From contig JAAOMT010000529.1 in the NCBI GenBank assembly GCA_016748015.1, forward strand, positions 190,848-254,847: a DNA stretch of 64,000 bases, in the 5' to 3' direction. The notes under the pieces were generated by a model, which searched no databases, was not told the origin of the DNA, and worked only from the letters and a program-made list of their open reading frames with translations. Positions 10,604 to 24,430 of this stretch are shown here, piece by piece. The stretch is from Geosiphon pyriformis uo1. Its lineage: Eukaryota; Fungi; Glomeromycota. How positions within the stretch are numbered: the first letter of the stretch is position 1; each line of letters starts with the position of its first letter. The position numbers and the translations under genes are program-made.

Positions 10604-13431
10604 GTAGTAATAATTGGGTCTTTGCTGACCAGAATTTTGGGAAACCAACTGGTTGTTTGGGTTGATTCTGTTATTATTATTATGGAATTGATTCTGGAGT
10701 GTGAATTGGTTTTGTTGAACCAATCTTTGGACAAGTACTTGGTATTGTTGTATAGATGGCTGTTAATACTGTTGGATTGGTAAAGATTGTTAATATTGTT
10801 GTTGTGGAACAAATTAATAGTAATTGGTTTGCTGTTGAAATCTTAAGGAATAGTAAGCTAATGGTAGAAGCTGATAATGAGATTGCTGTGTTGAAGAGTA
10901 ATGTTGATTACTTCTGTTTTGTTGGTCTTTTTGTAGCTTTCTGCAATCTTATTTCCAATGTCCTAAAATCTCACAATAGTGACAACTTTGGTTTTGTCTG
11001 TTTGTTGATAATGAATAGTTGTTTTGGTTTTGTTATTGTGGTGGCTAATATCTTTGTAGTTTTTGCTGTTGTTGTTGGTTGGTAAAATAGTTCTCAACCT
11101 TCTTTGTAAGTTGGTTAATTTTTTTTTTAGCTGTTGAGCTGGTTTTTCCAATAGCAAGATTCACAAGTTTGGTATAGTTTGCTTCTTCCATTGCTATTTT
11201 ATAGTTCTTTGTATGTCTAATGGCTGTTGTTAAATTTGTTGGGGCATGTGGGCAAACTTTCTTGATCAATTTGTTTTTTAATCCTGCTATAAACTGATCT
11301 AAAATCTGGGCATTGAAATAGTATTTATTGGTTTTCAATTGTCGAATTCATTGAAGAAATTTGTTGAATCTCCCAAAATAGATCATAACAGTTTCAGATG
11401 TTTTTTGTTTGATGTTGTAAAAGCAATTGTGGAAAGTAATAAATGTGTTGTTGTTGGTGAATTGTTGTAAAAAAGCATTTTTAAATACTTGTCAGTTTTC
11501 AAATAGTTCTTCTAAGTTTTCAAACTATTTTTCTGCAGTTTTTTGAAGAAAGTATGAGATTGCTTTGAGCATTTTTGCTGCATTCCATCTATTTATATCT
11601 TCTGTTTTCTGAACTTTGTCGAGCCATTTTTAAGGACTGGTATTATTATCTTTACCAGTAAATTCCAGAATTTTTACAATATAAGCAGTTACCATTTTTT
11701 CTTTATTTTCTGTAGTTTTTTTTTTGTTTTGATTCAGTTTTTTCACTTTCTAAGTTCTTTGAATGATTACTTTCATTTTCTTGTAAGTAATCAATAATAT
11801 TAGTGCTGATTAATATTGGTTCCTGTTGTTGAATAGGATTTCTAGGTGACTAAAAATCTTCTGATTTAGAGAAATAGGTAAGTGGTAAATTTGGTATTTG
11901 TGATCAAGCAAGTAAAATTGGAAATAGTGTAATAGAAAGTGGTAATTTGATACTGGTTCTTTGTTCAGGTGTTTGTAAGTGTTTGACAGTTGTCTTTAAT
12001 GTTTTTGGAGTATTTGGAATAGTACTTGAGTGTTGTTTCAGTTTTTGTTTGTCTTTGTTGCTTGTTTTTGTCTCTAATTCAAAGTCAATAGAGTATTTAA
12101 ACTGTATTAGATATGTTTTTCCACAATATTGGATAATGTTAAAATTAAGTTCTTGAAAGTAGTTGGCAAGTGTTTTACTGTTAAGGTCTTCAGTTTCCAA
12201 TTGTAAATAGTACATTAAATTATTGTAGAGATTGCTTCTAACTTCTGAAATGTTGTAATTTCCAAGAAGATAATTGTTAATATGGTTTTCAATATACTGG
12301 TAAAGTGTCTTCTTAACAATTTCAATTCCGTTTGGGATGTTGGATCTCTGCTTGCAATGGGTGTAAATTGACTGATAATACTCTAAAGTTGTTGTGTCTG
12401 GTGTGATTGCCACTTTGAAATTGTTATTGCTGTGTTATTTCTGTGGGAGAGCACCAAATGTTACCAGAGGTTTTTGGTCTCTTTTCTTGAATGTTGTTAA
12501 TGTCTGTCTGTTGCTAATTTTACGTTTTCTGAAAGCAGTTGAATCTCCAATAACTGAATTTATCTTCAAATTATCTCCTATAATTTAAATTGCTAGGCTT
12601 ATAAGTGGAATAGCCAATTCCTTGCCAGTTACTTTATGTAGTTATATTGTAGTAAATGTCAACTTTTTTTCAAGAATTGTTTGTCTAGAAGCTCACTAAA
12701 AATGTGTAGTTATTTTGCTGTAAAAGTCAACTTTTCTACAGGAATCTTGTCTGTAGGTTATCTTAATGATTGTAATAAGAAAATAAAAAAAAAATAAAAA
12801 AAATGTAAAAAAAAATAGAATTTTGTCAAAGAAAACGTTTTCTATTCAGGTCTGGAGTTACTAACAGATTACTGAAATTGGTAGCTAATCAATTTCGAAA
12901 TGTTAGTTGTGTTGAAAAAATTTCAAGTGCAATAATCAAAGGATTTGGTTTTCAAATATTTAATTTTTATTTAAATGTGTAAAAGGTAATTTGTTCCAAT
13001 TAAGATATCTAAAGTAAAGTACTATAATAAGATACTATAAGAAAATACATTTTTTTAAAGAGAAAAGCTCTTCTTTTATACAACTTGTTGTAATACTAGT
13101 CTTTGAACTTGCACTTTTCTCTTTGCTACAATTTGGGTGAATTAAAAATACATTTTGGTGAACTACAAGTTATTTCACTGAACTATTGATTATTTCGGCC
13201 AATTTTCATTAATTTTAGCGAATTTTGACTATGTTAAATGGTTCAGGATATTGTGTAATTTGATTATCTTAATTTCTATAGTACAAATCGGATTATTAAT
13301 TGAGTAATAATATTTGATAATTTGATTAAATAATAAGTGATAATCGAAATAATAATAATATATGCTAATTAATAATAGGAATTATAAGAGTAATTTTATG
13401 CTAATTAATAGCTAAAATTCTACTGGTAACA
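10604..13431 (-). mobile_element. Second copy of the same gypsy family: 5' LTR, PBS and gag, truncated at 10604
   Basis: LTR 12459-13431 and PBS 12438-12458 (TGGTGCTCTCCCACAGAAA). gag is colinear with 7945-9805. Confidence 0.9.
12459..13431 (-). repeat. 5' LTR (973 bp)
   Basis: Ends tgttaccag...ctggtaaca. PBS adjacent. Confidence 0.92.
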
Positions 13432-14643
13432 ACAGAGACTACAACCAGAAAACTTTCAACAAAGAAGCAATACAACAAGTAGAAAAATTCATAGGAAAGA
13501 GCAACCTAACACTACACTACAAAGCAGCATGTTAATTATACATTGCTTTCTGATATTGTCTAAACATACTATTGGATAGATCTTTGAAAAAAATAACAGT
13601 CAACAACATAGGACAAATGACCAATTGACAGTTTGAAGATCTACAAAAAATCATAGTCAACATAATCATCAAATATTACACAAATAAAGTTCTATTAACA
13701 GACATAACTGATTTTACAGAAGCTCAATAAAAAAAAAGGAAGAAATAATGTTACTTGAAAAAAGAAAGCCAATCAAAGAAAAAAAGAAAAATGTGACCTA
13801 AAAAAATGTGACAAAATGTGAAAAAACACAGAATAATGCACAATAATGTTGGATAATGTATTATAACATAAGATAACATGTTATAATGCAGAATAACACA
13901 AAATAACATGTAATAATGTCAGATAACATGTTATAATATAGAATAATTAGTTATAATATAAAAAAATGAAGCAATAAGTAACAAGAACAAACAATTCAAA
14001 GCAATTCTGTAAAACTAGAAAATATGTATATATAGCAGTAGCATTAAAAACAAAAAGGAGGAGAATCCCCAGATAAAAATTCATTAGTTATCATTCTTAG
14101 TTAGAAACATATCATTCCAAAATATCAATAAATATACTTATTTAGCATCTCAAATCTAATTGCTTACTATTAATTCTAAATGTTGATAGTAATTGATACT
14201 TAACTATATTAGAACAATAGCTTTTGATCATGGCTATTGATAAGATACTAACATTCATTGCCTTGGCTTATTTTTTTTTTTTTTTTTTCTTGTTGTTGAC
14301 TAATTGATTAAAAAAATTAAATACTGAGTTATTAACATCAAGGATTGTCTGGTAAAAGATCTTTGCAAGTGGATAGAACATGTAAAAATTATGGATTGCT
14401 TACTAAAGGATTGCAAGCCACCAAGCTGAGAAAAAAATTGACAGAATTGCAATTCTGGGAAGCTACAGATAAAATAACACAGAAATTTTTGTCCATTATA
14501 CAAAGGACTTAACCTAAATCTTCAGACAACTTAAACCTTCAGACAACCAAAACCTTTAAAAATTAACATCATTATATCAGCTATTGAGCACCAAGTTATG
14601 AATTTGTTCTTTGTTTCAAAATGCCAAATAATCATCTGTAATA
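13432..14643 (+). mobile_element. 3' end of a different LTR-retrotransposon family: ORF3-like remnant, PPT and probable LTR 13749-14643
   Basis: ORF3-homologous frame 13434-13730. Purine run aaaaaaaaggaagaaataa is followed by TGTTAC at 13749. Candidate end ...tctgtaata at 14643, where LINE RT sequence begins. Confidence 0.6.
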
Positions 14644-17405
14644 ATGATATTATTTAAAAAATAGTTAATTTAAATAAAAATATATGATTAATTTATTAAA
14701 TTTTTTGGCAGTATCTATATAGACAGATATAATCAAGTTATAACAGATTACAAACTTATTGAAAGATATTAAGTACATAATAGTTTAGATCAGAATAAAT
14801 TTTTTTTTTTCTTATTATAAAAAATTTTTTATAATTCCTTCTTATGTAAAGTGAAAAGACATAAGAGCTTGTGTAATTACCATATTAATACTAAGTTTAT
14901 TACTAAAATTGGCAAAGTTGAAAACCAGGCTGGTTTAACTTTTTATTTTGTGGCTGGTATTTTTGTTAATAACACAAATTGAATGAAAAATAGTTATACT
15001 ATTACTCAATATATTTTAAACATTGCAAATAAGTTTTTTAATATTAATAACATTTCAATTAACAACAAAAAAATAGTGATTATTTTTATTAATAAGAAAA
15101 TCAAGAATGCTTTGTTATTGATAAGTGACTGGCCAATTTCTATTGTTTGAAAAAAGGAATTTTATAAATATTTGGGTATTTTTTTGACATCTAAAGGTTT
15201 GTCCAAGCTAGCTTGAGAAAGACTTACTTAAATGTGAAGTTTTTTGTCAATATAATATTAAAGAAGACTATTTTAAATAAACAGTTTCTTTATTTGGTTT
15301 TAGCTATACTGGAATCTATAATTAGTTACAAGATTCAATATAATTTTGTCTTTAAAAATATATATAACAAATAAAATACATTAATCAAAAAAATTTAAAG
15401 ACAAAAACCAGCTTGCTAAAAATTTTTTTTAATAAAGCTCTCTATTATTTGTTTTTATATGACTTGAAAACATTTAAACAAATACAGACAGAAAATAAAG
15501 TGGTTTTTGTATTATGTTTTATAAACTCTGGTAATATTTTTAGTTAATTATTTAATCATAGATTTTTGGATTTGTAGATATTGAGTTGGTCTTCCAGTCA
15601 TTTTTTGCAGCATTTTGCAAAATTAAGAGTCAGTTCAGTTAATAATTTTTTGGTTGGTGTGGTTAAAATTTTTGTAAATTGTGGTGTTTTTTTATAAACA
15701 ATTTACTTTGTGCATTTTGTTTTTTTGGTAGCACTTTGATATTTTTTGTTCTAAAAAATTCAGTTTTCTATAATGTTTTTTACTTATTTAAAAAGTTTGG
15801 TGTTGTCTTTGTTGAGCAGCTATATGATAAAAAAGTATTGATTTTTAGTTAAGTGAATTTTTATTACTGGAAAAAGCTTGATCTTAAGAGTTTTGCTTCT
15901 GTTTGGTTTAAATTAATATGTGATTATTTAATTAATATTGTTTCTTATTTTGTTAATTAGCTGTTAATTGATAGTTTTTAATCTTTGAGTATTCTTAATT
16001 TTAATGATTTTTTAACAGTAAAATATCATTTTTTTAATGTCAATTTAAGTATTATTAATGTTTATATAAACAAATCTTTAAAGAATTTGGACTTATAAAC
16101 TATAAGAAATAGTACAGCTATATATTTTGCTAATTTAAATTTGAATATAAAAGTTGAGGTTAATAGTCTGATTTTTTTTACTTTGGCAAAGTTGTAAGCA
16201 ATTGCTGCTTTAAATATCTGTACTATAGAGTTGAATTTAGTTTTGTTTAACTTTTACAATTATTGTTGACTTAAGAAATATTGTATTACAAAATCTATTT
16301 GATGTAAAAATTTAAGTATTGTTTGGGCTAAAATTAAAGCCATTTAGGTATTTTAGATAATAAGTATGTTAATAAATTAGCTAATATTGTGTCACATTCG
16401 GATTTGGTGCTTTCTGTTTTTATTAATAAATAATATATTAGAACAAATAGAGAAACAGTGTTTAAGAATACTTGTTATTTTACCCAGAATGTTTTTAGAA
16501 TTGTTTGTTGTGCTTATTAAAAAATTGGGTCTGAGTTTAATATCATTGATAAAAACATTATTAAGGATATAAACTGAATTTAATATTATTAGTTTGGCAT
16601 TTTAACTTACATATGACATTTAGCTTTACAAGCAAATCTACTACTAATTTGTGTTTATATTTTATGAAAGCTTTGCATTATTAATTGTTTGCTGCTGTTT
16701 GTAAACACTTGTATAATAAAAAATACTTTAGTGTATTGTGTTTTTATTGTAAAGAGATAGAATTTTTTGACCACTTTTTTACATGCAAGATAAATTCTGT
16801 TATTCATAAAAAGTTGCTCAATTCACATTTGGTTTGATAAGGTTTTTTAATGAATTTAGGCCTATTATTATTATGTATCTTATAAATATTTTCTTTGTAT
16901 ATATCTGATAATGTTGTCTATATTATTTTGTGCAAGAACATCATATTTAAAAAGTGGTTTTTGAAGGTGATATCTGTTTTTAATTATATCAAAACTATAA
17001 GCAAAAAGATTATTAACTTTATGTAAAGCTTAAAAATAGTCTATTATGCTAAAGTATAATTGGTATATATAGAGTAATCATGGAAAAAAAAGCTTTAATT
17101 ACATGTAATAGTTTAGTGCCTCTAGTAATTTGTGGTTTATCTTTCTTGTTTTCTAATAATATAGTTAAATTGCTCAAAATTGCAAAGATTTATGGTATAA
17201 ATTTTGGTTTTTATAAGTTTTACAATATTTTTTTAAATGTAAAGTGTGTGGTTTTTGTTATAATAAACTTATAATATTGCTCTAATTGGTTTAAATGACT
17301 GGTTACATATAAAAAATACATAATTTATACTTAGTTTAAATTATTTAGTCTGATTTTTATGTTTGGTAATATTTAGATCTTATTTATTAAACATTAATAA
17401 AAATA
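14644..17405 (+). mobile_element. Old, strongly AT-shifted LINE remnant (3' half of ORF2: RT, RNase H, Zn finger, 3' UTR)
   Basis: Degenerate KIFYNSFLCKVKRHKSLC, AGIFVNNT, TLAKL*AI. Colinear with 52010-54850. ORF2 stop at 17274. Confidence 0.85.
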
Positions 17406-17519
17406 AATTTTTTTAAAATTAAAAACATATTATTATTAAAAATTTAATTATTTTTTAATATTGTTTAAATTTTAATAAGTTAATTTATTTTTAAAATATT
17501 TTTTTATATTTTGAATTAT

Positions 17520-20500
17520 TATTTTTTTTATTATTACATGTTTTATGAATGAAGTTCAACTACTATTTAGTATATAGAGCCAAACTAAGAAGCCCAAACT
17601 AAATGCAGCTTATGTACTTACTACATGTGACTAGTCACTTAGGCCAGACAAGACAACACTACACACCTATAACAACTTGAGAATTGAAATCCAAACCAGA
17701 AAAGAAAAAGTTAGGCCTATGATGGCCAAAGCTAACAGAAAAAGAACTCAAAACACCAAGCTTCCAAACCATATCATCAGACAATACAGATATCTTGCAA
17801 TATAACAAACCTAATATCACCTCATCATCCCCAACTGAACCAGTCTTTTTCATGCTCACCCTATAACTAGATCTCACCAACCAGACCCTACTATGATATA
17901 GCTCAACAACACTCCTTACAAAATTGACAATGATACCAACAGCCATCTTTCTGACCTCAAAAACCTTAACAGTCTTTGAGTACCAATTACTCATGACAAA
18001 TCCCTTACACAGAACTGAATACAGACTGACATCTGAAGAACAATGACCAAGAAACCACAGAACAGCAGAAGAGAACAAGACATGAGAACTCACCAAAGAA
18101 ACCCAAGATGCAGTGGTTTCAGCAAGAATTTTATCTCAAACACCAGCATCCATGGCACAAAAAAACACATGATCAAACAACTCTACCTTCCTACACAACA
18201 AGCACAGCACACTAGGGTAACTCTTATCATATAACCTCTTTCAAACAGCCACAGGGAGTTGATGGTGCACAGCCTTCATCAAATACAACTGCAGCACAGA
18301 AAACTTCTGACTAGTAGACCCAGCAAGCATGTGTAAGTCAGGGTGTTACACTTTTGAGATAGCACTCCAGTCCACACATTCAATCAAACTACTCTAAATC
18401 ACATCATGGTCAGGCCCAGCCTCCCAATACACTCAGCACATAGACCTAAACAGATTCCTAACAAAATGGCAGGTATTGCCTGACATGACCATATTCTTAG
18501 CAATTAAAAGCCATTTTCAAACTTCAATAGGCAAGGAAAACCAAGAACATGCAGTAGTACCAGCAGCAGTGTTAGCTTTAATGTTTCCACAGACACCAGA
18601 ATGACTTTTAACTTTGATTTAGCTTATGCTTAAATTTTTCTTTCTAATCAAATCAAAAATGTAATGTTTCTCCACCCAGCATAGAACCCAAAAATCAGGC
18701 ACCAGATGAAACAACTCAGAGACACATGTGTCAATGGCAGTTTAGCTATCAAGGTGTACTTTCACTGCATTAGAGGATGGAACACATTCCAATGCCAAAG
18801 CAACAGCCTGCAATTCAGCCAAGGTAAAAGACATCAAACCACAGATCCTAATACCAATACTATGGTCAATAGCAGAAAAATATGCAGCAATGCCACCAGT
18901 AACACCAGAAGAGCCAAAATCTTTCAGTGAACCATCTGTAAAAATCTCAAAAGGACCAGACCATAACTCGTGCAAACTACTATGCAAATCAGAAAACTCC
19001 TTAGAAGCCAGAATATCCAAACCAGAAAGTCAATTGGCTCTAGCCAGACCAAATGACACAGCACTATTATCATGCAAAAACCCAGATGTGAAATTGAACC
19101 AATAAGGGACAGGCCCTCTTGGGTCAAGCCTCTTCCACTGGTGAAAAGTCTTCCAATTCATCACACAACCCTTCTTGTCAAGCAATCTGTCTTCAAAGAC
19201 AACACCAAATCACTTTAAAGAATAAACAAAATCAAAGTAAAGAGCACTCCCAGCATCAATAACATAAGAAAATTATCAGGATCACAAAAAGCACAAGGCA
19301 GGTTATTTGCCAGGAACAGCTTATTACCCAAAAAAATCTTAACCACACCAGCCAAAAAATTGTTCACAGGACTAACATGCAACTTGATAGAGAACTGCAG
19401 AAGATCCAAAGGAGTCCAATCCAGAAATCTATGATCAAACAAATGCCCCAAAATGTCTGAAGTATTAGAAAACATGACCACAGCAGCCAATTTGCTCTCA
19501 GTCTGTATCTGCTTGAAAGATTTCAGACCATACAATGAAGGATGATGCAAAGCTACATCAGGAAAATCATGAGGAAGACAAGTCTTAAGCTTAAGGCCCT
19601 TTCTGACCAAGACATTCCACTTGTGACACACATTCAAAGAAACAAAGCTGAATTGAGTATGATAGGTGACAATGGGCTGTAAGACAGCCAACATTAAATA
19701 CAAGAACTGCTTATCTGTAATAGTCTTCCTAAGCACTACATTGGTAAAAAAATGAACATCTGAATAAGCCTTGGCCAAACTAGGCTTAGACAAGCCCTCT
19801 GTTGACAAAAAATTCCCGAATATCTGTGTGTTTTGCTTCTTTTGGCAATAGAAATTGGCTGTCTATTAATATCTAGAGAAGCAACCTTAACACTCTGATT
19901 AATAGGAATGGTCACAGTTTTCTCACTATTGATAGAAATATTATTAATTAAAAAAAATTTACTAGCAATGTCCAAGACATACTGCATTAATGCTTGGCAA
20001 TCTCCGATCCAAATAGTGTTATCAACAAATGCCCCAGTCGCAAAAAAGAAGGACATCCTACCATTACTCTCAACTCTGCCCAATTTAGCTACAAATTTAG
20101 TATTAATCTGGTATTTACATAAATGCTTATGCCTTTTAATCTTACACAATAGTGAATCATAAAAAATTCTTCAAAGAAGGGGTGAAAAAATCTCACCCTG
20201 ATCCAAACTATCATGTACCCTATAACTATTTGAAAGGCCAAAATTGGTTTTCACTTTGTTAATCCTATCCTTGTGAATACTGTTAAAAAATTTTATAAAT
20301 CTGTCACACATTTTGATACACCATAGACTAGTCTTTAAGTAGTGTCAACCAACAGAATCATATGCCTTATGCATATTCTACAAAACCAACCAAAGTTTTT
20401 TATCCTTCTCAAGAGCATCTTTCAACAACAAACACCAGAATCTGAGTAGAAGTACTCTTTAATACTGAAAAATTGTTACTGCGGAGGACACCAAACTTGC

Positions 20501-23500
20501 TGCAAGTGAAGGAAATTCTATCAGAAAGAATCTTGGAAAGAATTTTTCTGGCCATCTCAATCAAAGCAATAGGACAGGTATTCATGAGAATTCCATCCCA
20601 ATCATAAGATTTAGAGATCATCAAAACCCACGCTCTCCTCCACAAGACAGGCATTGCACCAACAAAGAGACATTTATTCAACAGCACCAAAAGGCACTCT
20701 ATTACACTCTTGCCACCATGTTTTCAAAGTTTGTTTGGAATGCTAGACAAGCCAGCGGCTTTGTCATCTGACAGACCACCAACAACTACAAGCAACTTAC
20801 TCATGCCAACCACATTTATTACACCAGAAAAAGCGTTATCTCTAATATAATCCAATGGTACATACTGGCGAGCCCAAAGATCAAACAGCACAGAAGGCAC
20901 CACATGTTTTCTTGTCCAACCTTCCATGATCCTGTTAACATTTAATCTTATCCCATCTGAATTCAACACCAGCTCATCATCAACCACCAAGTGATCCAAT
21001 ACTATCTTCCAAAAAAGTCTATCCAAAATGCTTCTGATTATACTGCCCTTGTCTGAACAAAAATTTTCTATGCATTTCTCAATAGCTGTCCTAATAGAAG
21101 CCTTCTGTGCCAGTTTTGACTCATACATTTTGGACTTTCTGTACTCTTTTCTGACAATTGACAAATATTTAAGAATGTCCATCATTTTTTGATCAGCATG
21201 AACCATGTTCCTTAACACAAAAGCCTTATCAGCATCCAAAGTTGATCATTTTTCAACAAGATGATTGAACCCAAAAGTGTCATTAAATTCCAATCTCTTG
21301 ACAATTTTGGCAACCAACAACTCCAATCCCAGAAATTTAGAAGACTGCTTATTTTTTGAGCACTGAAAATCACTGAACCAAAGCCTAGAAAAGATCTCAT
21401 CAGCAGAACTCACCAACATCCCTTCCAGTAGTGACCACATAGCATCTAAATCATGACCTGCAGCTGTGGCGAGAAACCTATCTTTTATCTCCAGAATCCT
21501 GGTGAAGGAGCAATCTCTAAAGCGAGACCACCCAGCACTGTCCACATCCTTGATTTTGAACTTCCAACAATCCTTGTTAGCTTGTTTGCACAAACCATTT
21601 AATTAAACATCCAGGAGCCTACTCAGACCGACCAATACTACCACAACATTGTGGTTTATATTAAAAAAATCAGAAACAGAACCGACCCAATGTTTTACAA
21701 CAACAGAAAATAAACTCTCACTAACAAAAATGTAATCAATAGTCCTTTCAGCACCTCTTGAATTGCACCATGTAGGAGCCTTAATTAAATAATGGCCATT
21801 AAACAAATTAACCAAACCCAGACCTGAGCAGAACTTAAAACTCGCACTCTTTCCAGACCCACACTCATTAAAATCCCCACTCAAGACCACAAAAGTACTG
21901 GTGTTAACAGTCTTAGCAATGATAGAGTTAACCTTAGATGCTTGCTCAAAATGGACACCAGTAGAAGCATTAGTGTACAAACTGAGAACAGACACCAAGA
22001 GCTTGTTCTTGAACAGAAGCCATATTGAAACAACACAATTAGGAATCACTTCAATCTTAGAAACATAATGAGCCAAAAAATTGTTCATGACAACAGCAAC
22101 ACCAGTACCAAGATATTCAATGTCCAAACCAGAAATAAAAATCCAAACTCCATCATATTTATCCTTGATCTAAAGCCCAGAAAAAGACCTCAACTTTGTC
22201 TTAGTAATGAAAGAAACCATATTCCTAGAACTTATATGCCAGCAAACAACATTCACTTGCTTTGCAAGAACATTGATACACCAAACATTGCATGTAGCAA
22301 ATTTCCAAACCAAACCACTTATTGGGATGAAAAAAGTAATATGGAGCCAGAACCAGAACACAAATGATCTAATCTGATCAACACTGAACTAATTAAAGCT
22401 TTCAAAGACATCATCTTCAACTCTAATTCACCCATCTTGGTGGTTAGAATTTTGAAGCTATTTGAACTAAAACCAAAAGTATCATCAACAACAGCAGAAA
22501 AAAAGAAAGCAGAAGGCTCTGATGCATCATCCAAAACCATATCTGAGTTAACTTCTGTAGCCAAGGGTGTAGCAGTAGCCAAAGGAAGCTCATAAAAAAT
22601 AGGTGGCAAAGACACTAGTTCTACAAAGCTTAACTTTTTCACAATACCAGAAACCTGATCGGTTAAAAGCTCCAAAGACCATTCCAAAAACGCCAAGCAA
22701 TCAAACAAACTAGAAACACCATAGGAATCAGCACTGTTAGAGAAGAACCAAGCACCAACAGAAAATTTAGCACCAGGAGATGGACCAGTACCTAAAGAAG
22801 ACAAAAAACCCAAAAGAGAAGAGAAACCTCCTACAACTTGAGCCCAAGTTCTGTTACCAAAAGAAACCAGGTGAATAATAGATGCCTGCTTTTTTTTATA
22901 AATGTTGGCCAGGCAAACTTGATCTTGATCAGTCACCATCCACTTTTCACAAACTTCAGAATTCTCACCAAATGAGCACACATCAGAAACATGACCAAAT
23001 TATTCACATTTGGCACAACATGCCAATAAAAGACTAGCCCAATGCAAACTCACACTCTTAAAAACTGGAACAGAACCAATAGCAGCCAACTTGGACACTT
23101 TATCCTCAAAACAAATGACAGCACACCTATCTCATATATAAGATGTAGGATTACGGCCAATAAAACAGGTTTTCTCACCATAAGCCTCCACCAAAACAGA
23201 AAAATCATGGGCCATAGTGCCAACTGGAAGAGTATAAAGCAAAGCCCGATGCCAATCCCTAAACACTCATGTTTATTTGTTCCCATTTGCCAAAGCCACA
23301 TGTACAGAATCTTTTTTCATGAACACTGACCATCTAGAAGCAACCAGACTGGCCACCTCAAATAACTCAAACTCTATAATGACCTTCTGCCAAAGTCCAA
23401 TCAACTGCATCTTAATCAAAATAATCTTACCAAATTTGGAGAAGACTGATTCCATTACTGATCTGAAAAAATCCACTGGAATCTTCTTGACAATCACCTT

Positions 23501-24430
23501 CTGATTCGACCAGTTGTTTACCTTTCTAAGATCATCATTAACAAGAATTTTATTACTAACCACCAGTATTTTAACCTTATTCAAATTAGATTCTAATGTA
23601 AAAGATAATCTGATAATTCCAGAGAATTTTGAGGGAGTGAAAGCACCCCCAAAACTATCCACTTGATAGAAAATTTTTTTTATTGAAATCAATTTGTTAT
23701 CAACAGATTTTTCTGGAATAGCCGAAAGCTCAATATCTAGAATGAAAGATTTTACTGGCCTGAAATTTCTTTTTTCTGAAGCACATGACTTGATACTTGG
23801 CAGCTGATTAGAATCCTTAAACTTAGAAGGTGGAAGAGCCACTATATTTTCATTACTACTTAAAACATTGAATAAAAGAGTCTTCAAAGGTTAACCTAAC
23901 ACATATGTGTGAGTGCATGTTTTTTTGAACATGGCATTGTCCTCTATGCTATCGACCACAGAATTGTCTGAATTAATGTAACTAGTTTCTTTAGTGACAA
24001 TATTCTTTATGTTCTCCAAGTCTGACAGACTGCTTATGCTACTCGTTTTACTTTCTATTTCACTGCCCCAAGATTTCAAAAACTTACCATCAATGACACC
24101 AATATCAGCCAGGCCCAATGGTCTAGCAGATGAGTCAACCACACTGACTCTGACTTTAGGATTCCTTGGCTTCTTGTAAGATATACTGCATGAATACACA
24201 CTATTTACCCTTTTTTTCTATATCAGGCCAGTTCCCCAACCCAGTAGAAGTAGATCCAAAGCCACCAGCAACAAGATTTGCTAGTTCTATGTTCATGAAT
24301 AAAGATACGTCTAAAAAAATAGTTAAAATATGAAGGGAATAAGAAGTAAGGGAAACTTTTTCTTCAACAATATCTCACTTTCATTGTGACCAGAAGATCA
24401 ACAAGAGAAAGATTGAAAACTTGGACTTTT
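17520..24430 (-). mobile_element. Near full-length LINE (ORF1 RRM-like + CCHC, about 22319-24296; ORF2 APE-RT-RNase H-CCHC, 17659-22322), inactivated
   Basis: WKFATCNV, TKLR, GDFNE, IDYIF; AFVDNT; IFTDGS...TLAELQAVALAL...HLDS. A-rich tail near 17520. Multiple stops. Confidence 0.93.

Noticed and set aside
8093-11085. Val-rich plus-strand ORFs (8093-8362, 10756-11085 and similar)
   Set aside because: Antisense shadows of CAA/AAC-rich gag sequence.
13790-13950. Short repeats (aaaatgtgac; ataacatgttataat) resembling a CRISPR-like array
   Set aside because: Irregular low-complexity tandem units inside a probable LTR. No constant repeat/spacer structure, no cas genes, and a eukaryotic context.
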